Assembly (NCBI GenBank): GCA_008632985.1
Contig: QPGO01000081.1
Span: 62,001-126,000 of the forward strand
Reading direction: 5' to 3'
Source: Psammoneis japonica
Lineage: Eukaryota
Length of the DNA stretch: 64,000 nucleotides
Shown here: positions 36,482 to 48,455 of the stretch, piece after piece
How positions within the stretch are numbered: the stretch's first letter is position 1
Layout: each line of letters begins with the position of its first letter
The notes under the pieces: model-generated
Databases searched by the model: none
Seen by the model: only the letters and a program-made list of their open reading frames with translations
Told to the model about the DNA's origin: nothing
Translations under genes and position numbers: made by a program

Positions 36482-37512
36482 TCATTCCTCCCAAAAAATC
36501 GAATGCACACCAAAGACTAAGAAAATGACACCACCCCAAAAGGAAACCGTCTTTTCACTGATGCGTGCCGCCAACATGCGTCCACCCACCACAGCCAATC
36601 CGGTACAAATCGAATGACCAATACACCCACCCGCCGTGACTCCGTACGCATTCTTGTGTGAGGCGAGTGCAATGGTGGCAATTTGACTCCGATCACCCCA
36701 TTCGGCTAAAAAGGTAAGTGTCAACGATTGGACCCAAACAGCCGTCCATGATTTCTGTTGTCTCGAAGAAAAGGATTCTTGGGAATTCATGGATTTGGGA
36801 GCTGCCGGTTGTTCTTCATCCTCAGCGTCGGCCTTTTTTGGATGCAAGAGCTCTTCTTCGACTTCTTCTAATTCTGTTTTTATATAAAAGAATAAGATAG
36901 TTGAGTTAGAACACTAATAATCCCCATAAGCATCTCAATTTTACAAAGCACCTCAATTCACAACAACTTACCTTCCGAAACACGATTCGCTTGCATGGCT
37001 CGTGAATCCAAAATGAGTTTGATTCCAAAATACAAAAACAAAATTCCACCCAACCAGTGTGTGTATTGTTTGGGAACAATCGAGGGAAGCACAAGGCCCA
37101 TGATGCTCGAGAGAATCGTCATGATTACCAAAGCACAAATGGCACCACCAAACACGGCACTACGGTCATGACGCATACTCAACACGGCCGCAATGAAAAA
37201 GGTCTTGTCACCAATTTCTGTCGCCAAAATCATGGCAATACCCGAGGTCAAGGCATTCCAGAAACCACCGGAAATTTCCGGTAACGTAAACCACTCTCGA
37301 CTAGTAGTAGCAACAACGGCAGGTCCCTCGAGAGCGGCACTGATTTTTTGCATGCCAAGGTCGTATTCGTTGCGATCAATCGTTCCATCGTGATTGGCAT
37401 CAAAGGACTCAAACAAGTCACCACCGACACCACTGACAGATAGCAACAACAAGACAAACAACAAGACGGTTGTGTTGTAGCGGAGGCGGGGTATTGTTGT
37501 CGTCGTCGTCAT
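36482..37512 (-). CDS. GDT1: GDT1/TMEM165 (UPF0016) Ca2+/Mn2+:H+ antiporter with an N-terminal EF-hand; join(37512..36972,36873..36482)
   Basis: Signature motifs EIGDKTF and EWGDRSQ; EF-hand DANHDGTIDRNEY; in-frame GT-AG intron at 36971..36874. Confidence 0.92.
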
Positions 37513-37699
37513 GGTCGGTTGTCGGTTTTTTGCGGTGTGTGTGCGTTGTGAGAAACAATTTTGATTCAGTTTTATTCAGATCTATAAATAAATGTATGTT
37601 GTCTGGCATTGGGCCGAGACATTTTGTGTGCGTGATAGCAGACAGACGGAAAGCACATGCACCAAAACAAAAACAAAAGGAACCCAAGGCAGGAAGCGC

Positions 37700-38700
37700 C
37701 GTGTTGCCATCACACCGTGTCAGTCACGGACTGACACACGATACACGACTCAGCCACACTAACTGCTTGTTCCTTTCTCCCACATTGTCAAAAACTCTAA
37801 AAAAAAGGGGGCACCAAGCAGTGAACAACATGATTCTCTCATTTTGCAATCTTGTGGCACACATTGACTGCCGCTGCTGTTCTTTCTCATCCACACTGTC
37901 CCGCCCCCCAGAGGTCAAAAAACATGTCGTGGTGGTCTGAGTTGGGGGACAGAGCTGGCAGTGGCTGGCACACAGAGATCAAGCATTTGTTGGATGGGAT
38001 CTGTGCACACACAACAGCAGAGCATTTAAATGTCTCCACAAATGAAGAAACTCAAACACAAAATGCCACATGGTTGTTGTTGTTTTGCACGAAAAAAAAA
38101 ACATTTGTGTGCGCACGCATGCTGCAAGGCATGCGTTGACACACGCCAAATGCTCACACAAACAGCGCCTGTTCCTTCATTGACAAAAAATCAAGCACAA
38201 ACAAGGTTTCATCATTTCACACAGAAAGCAGGGTGCACACAACTGCTGAAAAACTGTTTGGCTGTGATGTGATGGGGGGTGCTTGAAGAGGCCTGAGAGA
38301 AGTGGCGGTGGGTTGCAGTGCAAGAGAAGATTGAGAACTTTGGAACTTGTGTTTGACAAAACGGGGAGGGGGGTGTGCAGTGCTGCATGAAAGATCTCTT
38401 GGTGTTTTCCTGGCTTGCAAAGACAGCCACCAAGAGGCCTTGGCAGGAGGTGTGCAAAAGTTTGCTGCAATTTCCTTGTTGGGGCACTGGCACAGCCACC
38501 ACCACCACACACACAGGAGGGCAGTTTGCAGGCAGCAACAGTCATGAACAATGACAGCATGGAGGTCCCACCTCTGGACAGTGCTCCAGATGCTTCCAAA
38601 AGGCAAACAGGTGAACAAAAGTGCAAAACTGGATGTGGTCTTTGGTCAAAAGAGAAGCATGATGTGGCTGCTGTTCTTTCGGTCGGTTGCGCCACACTGG
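37700..38700. repeat. TpA-depleted interspersed repeat, partly an inverted homologue of the 44.8-46.3 kb repeat
   Basis: About 38490-38582 (cagtcatgaaca...ggaggtccc..tctggacagtg) matches the reverse complement of about 45980-46075. Confidence 0.7.
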
Positions 38701-38950
38701 TCATGACCATAACACTATTCTCTCGTGTCAAACCAAGAGCGAGAACTAATCTTGCTCAGCCTCTGGAGAAGTGGTGTGCTGCATGCTATCTCAAAAGAAT
38801 CCTGCTATGATGGCACAGCTACTGTTTGGACGCGCTCGACAACAGCTCAATTGGGGACAAAACGCGCAACAAGGACTACGTTTTTCTCTCTTTTTCTCTA
38901 CAATTACTGTACACTCAACAGCAACAACAACAACAACAACAAAAGCTCTA

Positions 38951-41788
38951 TCATCCACCACCGCTGTTGTTTCGATTTTTGCCTCGAAAGGATCGTTTGG
39001 AAAAAATGGAACCACCATCCGACACATTGGACGCACCCGCATCGGATCGAGCTGCACCGGCACCACCTCTTAAATTCTCCTCGTTTTGAATCAAACCCTC
39101 CTTTTTTAAAAAGGCCACTTGCTTGGCACGTTGCATGGCTTGACGTTCTTCCAGCGATGGAGACGATTTGAGTACTTGCTGCTTTTTGTGATGACGAGCT
39201 GCAAACCGACGGCGACGTGACAAGGAAATCTTGTTTTCTTGACTCGACGAATTCTTACCCTCCGAATAGAGCGACGATGCCTCGGTGCGTCGATCTTGAG
39301 AAATATCCGTGCGTCGAGAAATATCCGTGTGACGATCATGAGACAGGTCGGTTTGGCGAGAAATATCCGTACGTCGATCATGAGAGACTTCCGTATGTCG
39401 ATCATGAGACAAGTCCGTGCGTCGAGAAATATCCGTGTGTCGATCATGCGATACTTCGGTAAGTCGTTCCTCATCGTCCGTTGTCGTGGCATAATCATCA
39501 CTGTCGTCATCACTGCTTTCCATGGCATCCTCCAACAAATGATCGGGAACACCCAAGACTGAATTGTCAATGGCGGAAACAATACGCGTCTCCAACTTGC
39601 TAAAAAAGGATCCCTGCGATGTTACAGACGCTGCCGAAGACGATTTCTTCATTTGTCTTCCACCTCGTAATGGAGAATCATGTGAGACACGAATCCGTAC
39701 AGGTGTCACTTTACGATCGGCTTCTTGGCGTGCAGCTTGCGCTACCGAAAGACGACGACGATTACTATCGGTTCGAGGAGGAACAGCAGCAGCAGCAGCA
39801 GAACCAGCACCACGGGTGGGTGTCTTTTGTTGATGCGTAAAACTGCGAGATGAAATGGTATCCAATGTCTTGTTGGATGACATGTTGTTGGGTTTGTTGC
39901 GTGGTTCGGTTTTGCGCGTTTCGGGAAGAGTCGTCTCTTGTTCACGATTATTACTCGCACTATTGCCAATGATATACGAGGGTGGTTCCAACCGTTTGGT
40001 ATTGTAAGGAGATGATGATTCGACACGATACACGGCATCAAATTGACGTTGGGTACGGTCTTCGGTCAATTCACTAACGTGACTCTTGTTTTCATCGTCC
40101 TCCTCATGATGCAAATCCTGAATGGCAGCTTGGTGGCGCTTGTTGTTGTTTTCCATTTTGCTCGAGTCATCCTCTTGAGGAGTGGTTGCAATTTGTCCTG
40201 CATTCTTGACTAGAACGACATGGGGCGACGATGATTCGCCGTTATAAAAGGAATTGCCACCACCCCTCGTACTCGCACCACCACCCATAATGCTATTGTT
40301 TCCCGACGCCGACATTAATTCCATCATGTTTTGTTGGACTCTCACTTGAGTCTCCATTTTTTCAATATACTTGTTGAGCAACAATCCTTTTTCCCGTTCT
40401 TGATTCAAATCAAATTTCGCCGATTTACAATAATGCCTGAGCTGCGACAGCTCCCGTCCCAGCTTTTCCAATTGCTGTCTCAACTCCAGCACTTCGCGTT
40501 TTAAAATCTTTTTGTGAGACGTGAGCGTCGCCATTTGTGTTTTAAAGTCACCCCGTTGTGTGCTGACTTCGTGCTGTGCCACCTTGACTTGTTTTTGGCT
40601 CGTATTCAACTTTTGTTGCAGCGTCGAAATCAATTGATCCTTTTGTGCAAGTTCGGACGCGTGTTGTTTCTTGAGAGAATCCAATTCCAATTTCAATTGA
40701 GACACTTTGTGTTGATCGGTATCGCTCGTGTGACGCAATTTCTCCAAGAGTTGAGCATTTTCGGTTTCCACCGTTGAAACGTGTTTTTCCAGTGCCAATG
40801 TATAATCCGTGTAGAGATGACACGCGGGCAAGACACTTAGGTTTTGCTGCACAATCGATTCCAATTCGGACCGACACGATTGTTGGGAGGACTCTATGTT
40901 GGAGCTGACGGTCCGTTCCATGCCTTCTTGCAACACACGCAAACAACTCCGTCGTTGTTCTTCGGATTGACTTCGTACACGATAACATTCTTCGGAAGCT
41001 TGTTCTTTTTTGAGTTGAAGAGAATCCAATTGCGTATGCAATTCTTGCAACTGCAACGCAAATCCATCACACACTTCTCGAAAGGCCTCTCGTTCATCCA
41101 CCAATGCCGAATGGCGCATACTGAGCAGAGATTGTGTCCATTCTTCCGAAGATTCTTGTGAATCCGATAAAAAGTAAAAACTCCGTAAATCGGGATTGAC
41201 CGATTCGTCTCCGGCCAATTCCAACACGAGTCCATTGTTTTCACTACAATGAAACCGATGAACCGATGTGTAACATTCCAAATCAATAATACCCGCCGGT
41301 TGGAGTGTATTGAATAATACCTTGTTTTCGTCCTTTTCATTATGATTCGTATTAGCAGAAGAAGTATTGTGATGATGAAAGGCGGTTGCTAAATTGAGAG
41401 ACGATCGTGGCGCACCGTCATTTTGCAATCCCACTCGTACAGCTTCATTTAACAATTCTTGTTGTTCAACCGTCGGTGCCGGTGGTGGTGGTGATATGCC
41501 TTCTCCTCCAATATCGGCATCAAAATAATACAAAAATGTATGTGGCACAACACAACACCATCGTGATTGCCATTGATGTTGTTCGTTGCGTTTGACGAGA
41601 TATCCCGATTTCGTAGCCAACAGATTCAAGACCTCGGGTGTTCGGGGTGGAGCCGATTTGATGGTGCACGTTGTGTTGATATTGGAAAACCACGACGATT
41701 TAAGTGGAGCAGCACGTTGCAACACTGCACGTTTGGCATCTTCGGACGCTTGGGAGATTTGAGCGCCGAGGCCTTGACGAGCCGCCAT
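38951..41788 (-). CDS. PH-domain plus long coiled-coil protein (about 945 aa), single exon
   Basis: KSGYLVKRNE..WQSRWCCV..FLYYF, GIIDLE and FYFL..EEWTQSL (PH domain); heptad-rich middle; T(D/E)(I/V/L)S repeats at about 39290-39460. Likely start MAARQ at 41788. Confidence 0.85.
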   Translation of the reverse strand: MAARQGLGAQISQASEDAKRAVLQRAAPLKSSWFSNINTTCTIKSAPPRTPEVLNLLATKSGYLVKRNEQHQWQSRWCCVVPHTFLYYFDADIGGEGISPPPPAPTVEQQELLNEAVRVGLQNDGAPRSSLNLATAFHHHNTSSANTNHNEKDENKVLFNTLQPAGIIDLECYTSVHRFHCSENNGLVLELAGDESVNPDLRSFYFLSDSQESSEEWTQSLLSMRHSALVDEREAFREVCDGFALQLQELHTQLDSLQLKKEQASEECYRVRSQSEEQRRSCLRVLQEGMERTVSSNIESSQQSCRSELESIVQQNLSVLPACHLYTDYTLALEKHVSTVETENAQLLEKLRHTSDTDQHKVSQLKLELDSLKKQHASELAQKDQLISTLQQKLNTSQKQVKVAQHEVSTQRGDFKTQMATLTSHKKILKREVLELRQQLEKLGRELSQLRHYCKSAKFDLNQEREKGLLLNKYIEKMETQVRVQQNMMELMSASGNNSIMGGGASTRGGGNSFYNGESSSPHVVLVKNAGQIATTPQEDDSSKMENNNKRHQAAIQDLHHEEDDENKSHVSELTEDRTQRQFDAVYRVESSSPYNTKRLEPPSYIIGNSASNNREQETTLPETRKTEPRNKPNNMSSNKTLDTISSRSFTHQQKTPTRGAGSAAAAAVPPRTDSNRRRLSVAQAARQEADRKVTPVRIRVSHDSPLRGGRQMKKSSSAASVTSQGSFFSKLETRIVSAIDNSVLGVPDHLLEDAMESSDDDSDDYATTTDDEERLTEVSHDRHTDISRRTDLSHDRHTEVSHDRRTDISRQTDLSHDRHTDISRRTDISQDRRTEASSLYSEGKNSSSQENKISLSRRRRFAARHHKKQQVLKSSPSLEERQAMQRAKQVAFLKKEGLIQNEENLRGGAGAARSDAGASNVSDGGSIFSKRSFRGKNRNNSGGG

Positions 41789-42001
41789 GGTTGGAGAGAG
41801 TATTGTGTTTTTGCGTGCAAAAAGAGCAACGGCCAGCGAGTGCAGGATAACGGGCATTGGCTGAGCGTTAGATATCCAATATATAATCTCGATTAACCAT
41901 TAATCATATGCGAATCTTGGGAACTGAATAATTGTTCTGCATTTTTTACTGCTAAAATCATTCAAATGTAAATAGAAATGCAGGTGTAAACATTTGTCTT
42001 A

Positions 42002-44474
42002 CTACGAATTGCTAAACAATTGCGCGATTCACGTGCGCGAAGGTCGAATATCGTGCCCGAAGCAACAATCTCCCTTCGCGCAGCCAATCACGTAGAACCA
42101 CGTAGAACTTGTACCAAATGCCGTTTCGCCTTCCTTTTGATTTTTGGAGATCGAAATGGGTACGGTAGGGTATTTCAACCTTTGCTTCCAAGCAGCAGGA
42201 TAGATGATTCGCCGCGGTATCCAAGGCACGGTATTCCGATTTTGTTGTGCACGAGGGTAAGGCAAAAAGATTTAATGGAAGAGAAGTAATCTCACTTGAA
42301 GTGTGTGTACGTTATCCTTAGTTGACATAAACGGAAACATGGCTCGCCTTGATTCGCTTTGCAGTGTTGAAAGACGAGGAGAATGACCAGAAAGATGAGG
42401 GCAACAACACGATCAAAGAGGATAATGACTTCAACCGAAAACGCAAAGTAAAGAGTGACGAGTCTTCTCAAACTAGCAGTCACGACGATCACGCATCAAA
42501 ACCTGCGCCAACAGACTGGAAAGAGGGTGCGATATCTCAGTTGACTGAATGGGCTGGCCAAGACGTTGCTGGAAAGGTTGTTGCAATGCTGCTTTATTGG
42601 GACGAGAGTAGTAGCGAGGAACAAGGAAATGGTGGTAAAGTTGTGTATGAATGGATCCGTTCCTCCTTGACGTGCGCAAGAGCAGAAAGCTCGACAATAA
42701 AGAAAAAGAAAATGCCATGGTCAACCGATCGACCCGACTTTTTGAAGTTTGTCCTATACAAAGAAGAGAATGCTGACACGAGCATGGCGATCAAGGAAAT
42801 CCGCCAGGCCTTGGATCACAACAGGAGGAATCGTGCTCGAATAGGATATGCGGGAATGAAAGATAAACGGGTGGTCGCCTCTCAGTTCTGTACTCTGTAT
42901 TGCAAGGATGCCTCGGAAGTAGTCAAGATGAATCGATTGTTTGGACGAAACCATGGAGGAGGCCACTCTTCTCACAAGGGTGTGAGCGTAATGAGGGTAG
43001 GAAACTTTGAAAACGTCGAAAAGGAACTCATGTTGGGAATGTTGAAGGGAAAATTTTTTGATGTGGTACTAAGAAAGGTCGAAGTGCCGCAATTGGACTC
43101 GAATGATTCTCGTATTCACAAACGAAGCACTGTTTGACAACCGCAGCTACAAACTTGCGCGACTGTGGCTGCATCATTCAATTATTTTGGTGTGCAACGA
43201 TTTGGAAACTTCGCCCATAAAGGTGACGATGAACCATTTTGGTTCACGAAGGCTCGAAAGCAATGGAAGAATCAATTGACGACACGGAAGAAATCGAAGA
43301 CGATGAGGAGAAGACGAAAGCAAAGACTGTAAATGTAAATTTGTCCAAGATGGCCAAGACTGGTAAGCCTGTGAATATAGAATGGTATTATAAAAACGAC
43401 ACTAGTGCCAAGTTAGTTAAAGGAACTAGTCTAAAAGGGCGGTTGCAAAAGCAAGCAACGAAGCTTTGTCGCCGTGTGCCATTCACCGCCTTACCTACAC
43501 TCTTACAGCATGTTCGTGCCATCTGCCCAATGGCAAGAATTGAGTTTGAACTTTACGAGCATGAGCCTCCTCATCAGGAATGTGAAGCATCTTGAAGAAC
43601 ACACCAAGATCCTTGATGCAGTGGGTGTTGTTGTCGCTATGGACTTTGAACCATACTGTAGCGTGGGTTAAGGAATCGCAGTATCCTACTTGACGCGTAT
43701 CATGTTGTGAAGGAATTAAAATAGTAGACGCAAACGAGCCAGTGCCTTCAGGGGCACCAATCCCAAATGGTTGTATCCCTCAATGTTCTTCTCCGTCTCA
43801 TCTCTCATCACGATCTTCAATGCCGTCCAATCCCAATTCTTCCAGGGTCCCATCTTGATGATAGCAACAACATATTCATCCTATGAGTCATTATAACTAG
43901 GAGTAACTCATTGTTTGATTTCTTCACGAAACAAAGCGTTGTGAGCAATCATGTTGTGATGATCCAATTTTGCAGCGGGTCAAATTGCTTCAAGTTGTTC
44001 TTTTCAGAACTTACCAAATCTTCGTCACAGACATCGGGCCAGTAGCCCATTTTTCCCCTCTCTTATATATCGAGAAAAGCCTTTCGATCTTTGTGCTGTA
44101 AAAGGCATTCTCAAGAGTCTGCTTCATGTTTTTGGTGTCGCCGCAGCAGTTCGGCTTGTGCAGTTGCTCGACGATTTGACGGCGCGTTGGCTCTGGCATT
44201 TCTATGGCAATGTCCCTCTCGACATCTACTGGTATTACATCACCACTAGCAGCAATAGCAGTGTCCTCAGCGCTTCTACGGCGAGCGCGTTACAGATCCG
44301 CTCATGGTGAATGGTGACGGCGACTGCGAGAAAAAGATTTGGCTTTGACAGGGGAGTTCTAGTATGTTTTCTACGTAGTTCTACGTGATTTGCAGCGCGA
44401 ACGGTGAATGTTGCTTCGGGCGCGATATTCGAGCTTCGGGCACGTGTATCGCGCAATTGTTCAGCAATTCGTAG
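42002..44474. mobile_element. Non-autonomous TIR element (106-bp TIRs) carrying captured gene fragments (Pack-type)
   Basis: 42002-42107 is the near-identical reverse complement of 44369-44474. TA flanks both sides (42000-42001, 44475-44476). No transposase recognised inside. Confidence 0.8.
42349..43210 (+). pseudogene. Truncated, frameshifted TruD/PUS7 pseudouridine synthase fragment
   Basis: FLKFVLYKE, IGYAGMKDKR..ASQF, RVGNF and LGMLKGKFFDVVLR, then a stop at 43137, then FNYFGVQRFG at about 43177-43206. No C-terminal half. Confidence 0.8.
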
Positions 44475-44813
44475 TACATTGCCTGGCTTCGCTGATGACA
44501 TTTTTGCAGCACTTAGTTGTTGGCATGTCAACGAAAGGAAAACCCGCAATCCGCCATGAGCATTGGGAGTTGTTCCCATGGAGCCTCTCTTCACGATCTT
44601 CTGCGGCAACTCTTGTGACATGCGCGCATCATCCAAGCAACATGTTCAAAATGCACCTGCACAGTGCCTCAAAAAAGGAAGTTCAGCAATGAAAGAAAGT
44701 TTGGTGCACTCCTGTCTCCAGCACGCTGGGGGGCCTCATGCGAGCTTGTGCTGCACAATGAGCTCAACAATTGCAAATGTGGCTGACTGCTGCACATTCA
44801 GGGGCAGCTTGCT

Positions 44814-45825
44814 GGCTTGATGACTGACAAAAAAATCTGCTGTCTTTTGTGTGTGCATTCTCAATTTTTGCCAAGCTTCCAGAGGGGGGGAGGCACACAC
44901 AAAAAAGGCTCATCTCGCTCGTCTCTTCCAAGAAGCAGCATGGCATCAGGCATGACTGAAATTTTGCTGCAACAAACGTGTGACAGCCAAGCAAGTCAAT
45001 TGGGCTCAAGGGTTTGCAATTTGGAAAAAGAAATGACATGTCAGGCTTCTTTTTGGCGTGCTTCTTGTTTGCCTTTGTTTTGTCAATGCCAACCCTGCTG
45101 CAGCACTTGTCCCCACCTTGACTTTGTTTGTGCAGCCTTCTTTGCCCCTTTGTTCAAGCTTTTGCACATTTTTTCCCCATGTCTGAGACATTGTCCAGAG
45201 GAACTTCCATGCCACTGCTGTTCATGGCCAGCACACCACACTGCTGTGCTGCCAACAAACTGTCCCACACCCTCTTTGTGGTGGCAGCAGCAAAAGAGAT
45301 CCTTTTTGAAGGGACAACTGCACAACAGAGATGGGATCATGCATTTTTGTTGTGTCACCTCATTTCTTCCATTCCGTGGTTGCATTGTTTTGCAGCCTTT
45401 GACCAGTGGGTCAAGCTGCTCAGAGCAAATTTTTGCAATGACATCTCTTGCAGAGTGTGGGTCTCTTTGCCCCCTTTTGGCTCTTGGCTGCTGCACATTT
45501 GGGGTTGGCCTGCTGACAACTGGCTTGATGACTGACAGAAATCTGCTGTCTGGTGTGTGTGTGTTGTCAATCTTTGCCAAGCTGCCAGGGTGGGTGGGCA
45601 CCCAAAAGGAGAGCACCTCTCTTCCAAGAAGCAGAGTGTGGCATTGGGGGCATGACTGAAATTTTGCTGCAGCAAATGCACAAAAGCCAAGCAAGTTGGT
45701 TGGGCTCAATGGTTTGCAGTTTGGAAAAAGAAATGAAATGTCCTCAGCCTTCTTTGGTGCTTCTTGTTGTCATGTGCACCTTCCTTTTTTTATGACCAGC
45801 TTGCTGAACTTGGCAGGAGCTCAGT

Positions 45826-45870
<45 letters not shown>

Positions 45871-46270
45871 GCACTTTGTCAATGCCAACCCTCCAATCTC
45901 TGCCTTGGTTTTCTTTGCATTCTTTTTTCTTGCTTTTGTTGGTCAAGCTTTTGCACTTTTCTTTCCCAGATCAGCGAGACATTGTCCAGAGGGACTTCCA
46001 TGTGCCATTGCTGTTCATGACTGCTGCTGCTGCTGCTGCCAACAAACTCTGTCCCACCATCTCTGTGGTGGCAGCAGCAGCAAATGAGATCCTTTTTGAA
46101 GGGTCAACTGCACAACAGAGACAGGATCATTTTTGTTGTGTCACCTCATTTCTTCCATTCCAGGAGGGTTGCATCATTTTGCAGCCTTGGACTGGGTCAA
46201 GCTGCTCACAGCAAAATTCTTTTGTGATGACATCTTGCAGAGTGTGAGAGTCTCTTTACCTTTTGGCTCT
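44814..46270. repeat. Two diverged tandem units (about 710-750 bp) of a TpA/CpG-depleted repeat, with a (CT)n microsatellite at 45831-45868
   Basis: ggcttgatgactgaca..aatctgctgtc at 44814 and 45522, and gagatcctttttgaaggg.caactgcacaacagaga at about 45296 and 46086. Confidence 0.85.
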
Positions 46271-46576
46271 TGTCTGTTCATGCTGAGTCAAATGATGCAG
46301 GCGAGCTCGTCTCTTGTCCTAAAGGTCCTATGATGCCACAGTGCAAAGGAATTGCACTTGAGAATGACTAGAGCGCGGACATCAATTGTCAGCTACCACA
46401 CGAGTCAGTCGTTCCTTTGGAAAATCCAGTGTCCAACTGCATCAAAAAGACGACACGATGCACACACGACCCTAGTTGAATACACACTGAGCAAACACGG
46501 TCCGTTTCAATCAAAAATGTACAAACTTCTGCCCAAAACACACACATCATACACACATTGAGCTACTTGTTCATTA

Positions 46577-48455
46577 CTAATCGTCACTATTAGCCAAATC
46601 CCATCCTTCACCGCGATCAATGACATCCAATCGGTTGGGTCCAACTCCAATCCACCGCACGGGAACACCCAACAACTCTTGTACCCTCAGTACATATTTT
46701 TGAGCATTGGGCGGCAAGTCTTCAAAATTCTTGACTGCCGAAATATCTTCGGTCCATCCCGGCAACGTCTCGTACTCGACTTCCAACTCACTCAATTCCT
46801 TCAAACACGCCGGCATGGTGGCCAACTCCTTTCCCTTGTACTTGTAGGCCTTGCCGAGTTTCACCTGAGGCAACCCGGTCAGGACATCTAATTTGGTCAA
46901 ATTAATCGCCGTAAAGCCGTTGATGAGGCACGAAAATTTCATTTGCGGAATATCCAGCCATCCACAACGACGTGCCCGGCCCGTCGTGGTCCCGTACTCG
47001 GCACCGACGCGTCCCAAATGATGACCCACCGTGCCCTCTGCCATGTCCAGCTCCGTCGGAAAGGGTCCCTCCCCGACACGGGTGCAATAGGCCTTGACGG
47101 TACCGTAAATGCCACGCAGCTTTTTCGGAGACACACCCAAACCCGTCAAGACGGAACCCACGGATGGGTTGGATGATGTCACGTACGGGTACGTTCCGAA
47201 ATCAATATCCAGCATGGTGGCATTGGCACCCTCCACTAGAATCCGTTTGCCCTGATTGTATTGTTCATTCGTGTATTCAATCGTATCGAGCGTCATTTTC
47301 CCAACACGGTCGGCAATGGATTTGTAGTATTCCAGCTGTTCCTCGACGTTAATGTGCAGTCCGGGAAAGGCCCGTTGGTGATGATCGCAGAGGGAACGGA
47401 ATCTCCGTTCAAAGGTTTCCCAGTCTTTCAAATCCCCCACACGAAGACCGTTGCGTTGAATCTTGGACGCATACGCCGGACCGATCCCCTTTTTGGTGGT
47501 TCCAATCTTGTGCCGCCCGAGCTTGGCTTCCAACCGCCCATCGACGGTTTGATGAAAATCAAACACCAAGTGCGCGCGATCGGAAATAAAGACGCGGCCC
47601 TTGTGATCGATTTCGAGAGAATCCAATTCATTCAAAAACGATGGCAAGTGAATCACAACGCCATTGCCAATGACACACGTGGCCTTGGGGTTCAATACGC
47701 CACTGGGGAGCAAGTGGAATTTGTACTTGACGCCATCCACGACAATGGTGTGGCCCGCGTTGGAACCACCCGCGACGCGAGCGCAAACATCATATTCCTG
47801 AGTAGCAAATTTTGAGAGAGATAAATAGATAAAGCGTATAAGTGACACAACATGACGATTTTTCAATATGAAAATCAAAACAAGTCAATCCATCGAGCTT
47901 ACCTGACTTAGCATATCCACCAATTTACCCTTGCCTTCATCACCCCACTGTCCACCCAGCACAACATCGATTCCACTCTTTTTCTTGTACTTTGATGATT
48001 GAAAAGATGATACTGGTTTTCCACTCGCTAATTGCATGGAACCCAAGGTGGTTTCCAGTCGATTGAGCTGTATAAAAACAAAAACGAGCGCAAACGAAAC
48101 AAAAAAAATGAGGGTTTCGAAATAACAACATATTCTCGCACAAAACACGTGCGTTTTCAAGTCACACGTACCGTCTGTTTCATTTCAATCAGCATGCCCA
48201 TTATACTAGGTCCCTCACATGATGTTCTCGTTTCAGCATTGTCCGGTACAAGAGTAGCAGCCGTTCCCTATTTGTGCAATAATAATATGAAAACAAAACA
48301 CAAAATTTCGTGAGAAATCTCAGAATGCCAATGAATTCATTCAAAACTAGTTCAATTCTAATTATTTGGAACTCCATACATACCACTCCCGCAACACTGG
48401 CTGCCGCAGCTGCACCAAGAGTCTTTCCGTGCCGTGATAGGACACCACGAAACAT
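46577..48455 (-). CDS. purA: Adenylosuccinate synthetase; join(48455..48384,48267..48172,48067..47903,47797..46577), 517 aa
   Basis: Motifs GGQWGDEGKGK, GGSNAGHT, IGTTKKGIGPAY, EGANATMLDIDFGTYPYVTSS, GTTTGRARRCGWLD and TKLDVL. Three phase-0 GT-AG introns. Confidence 0.96.
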
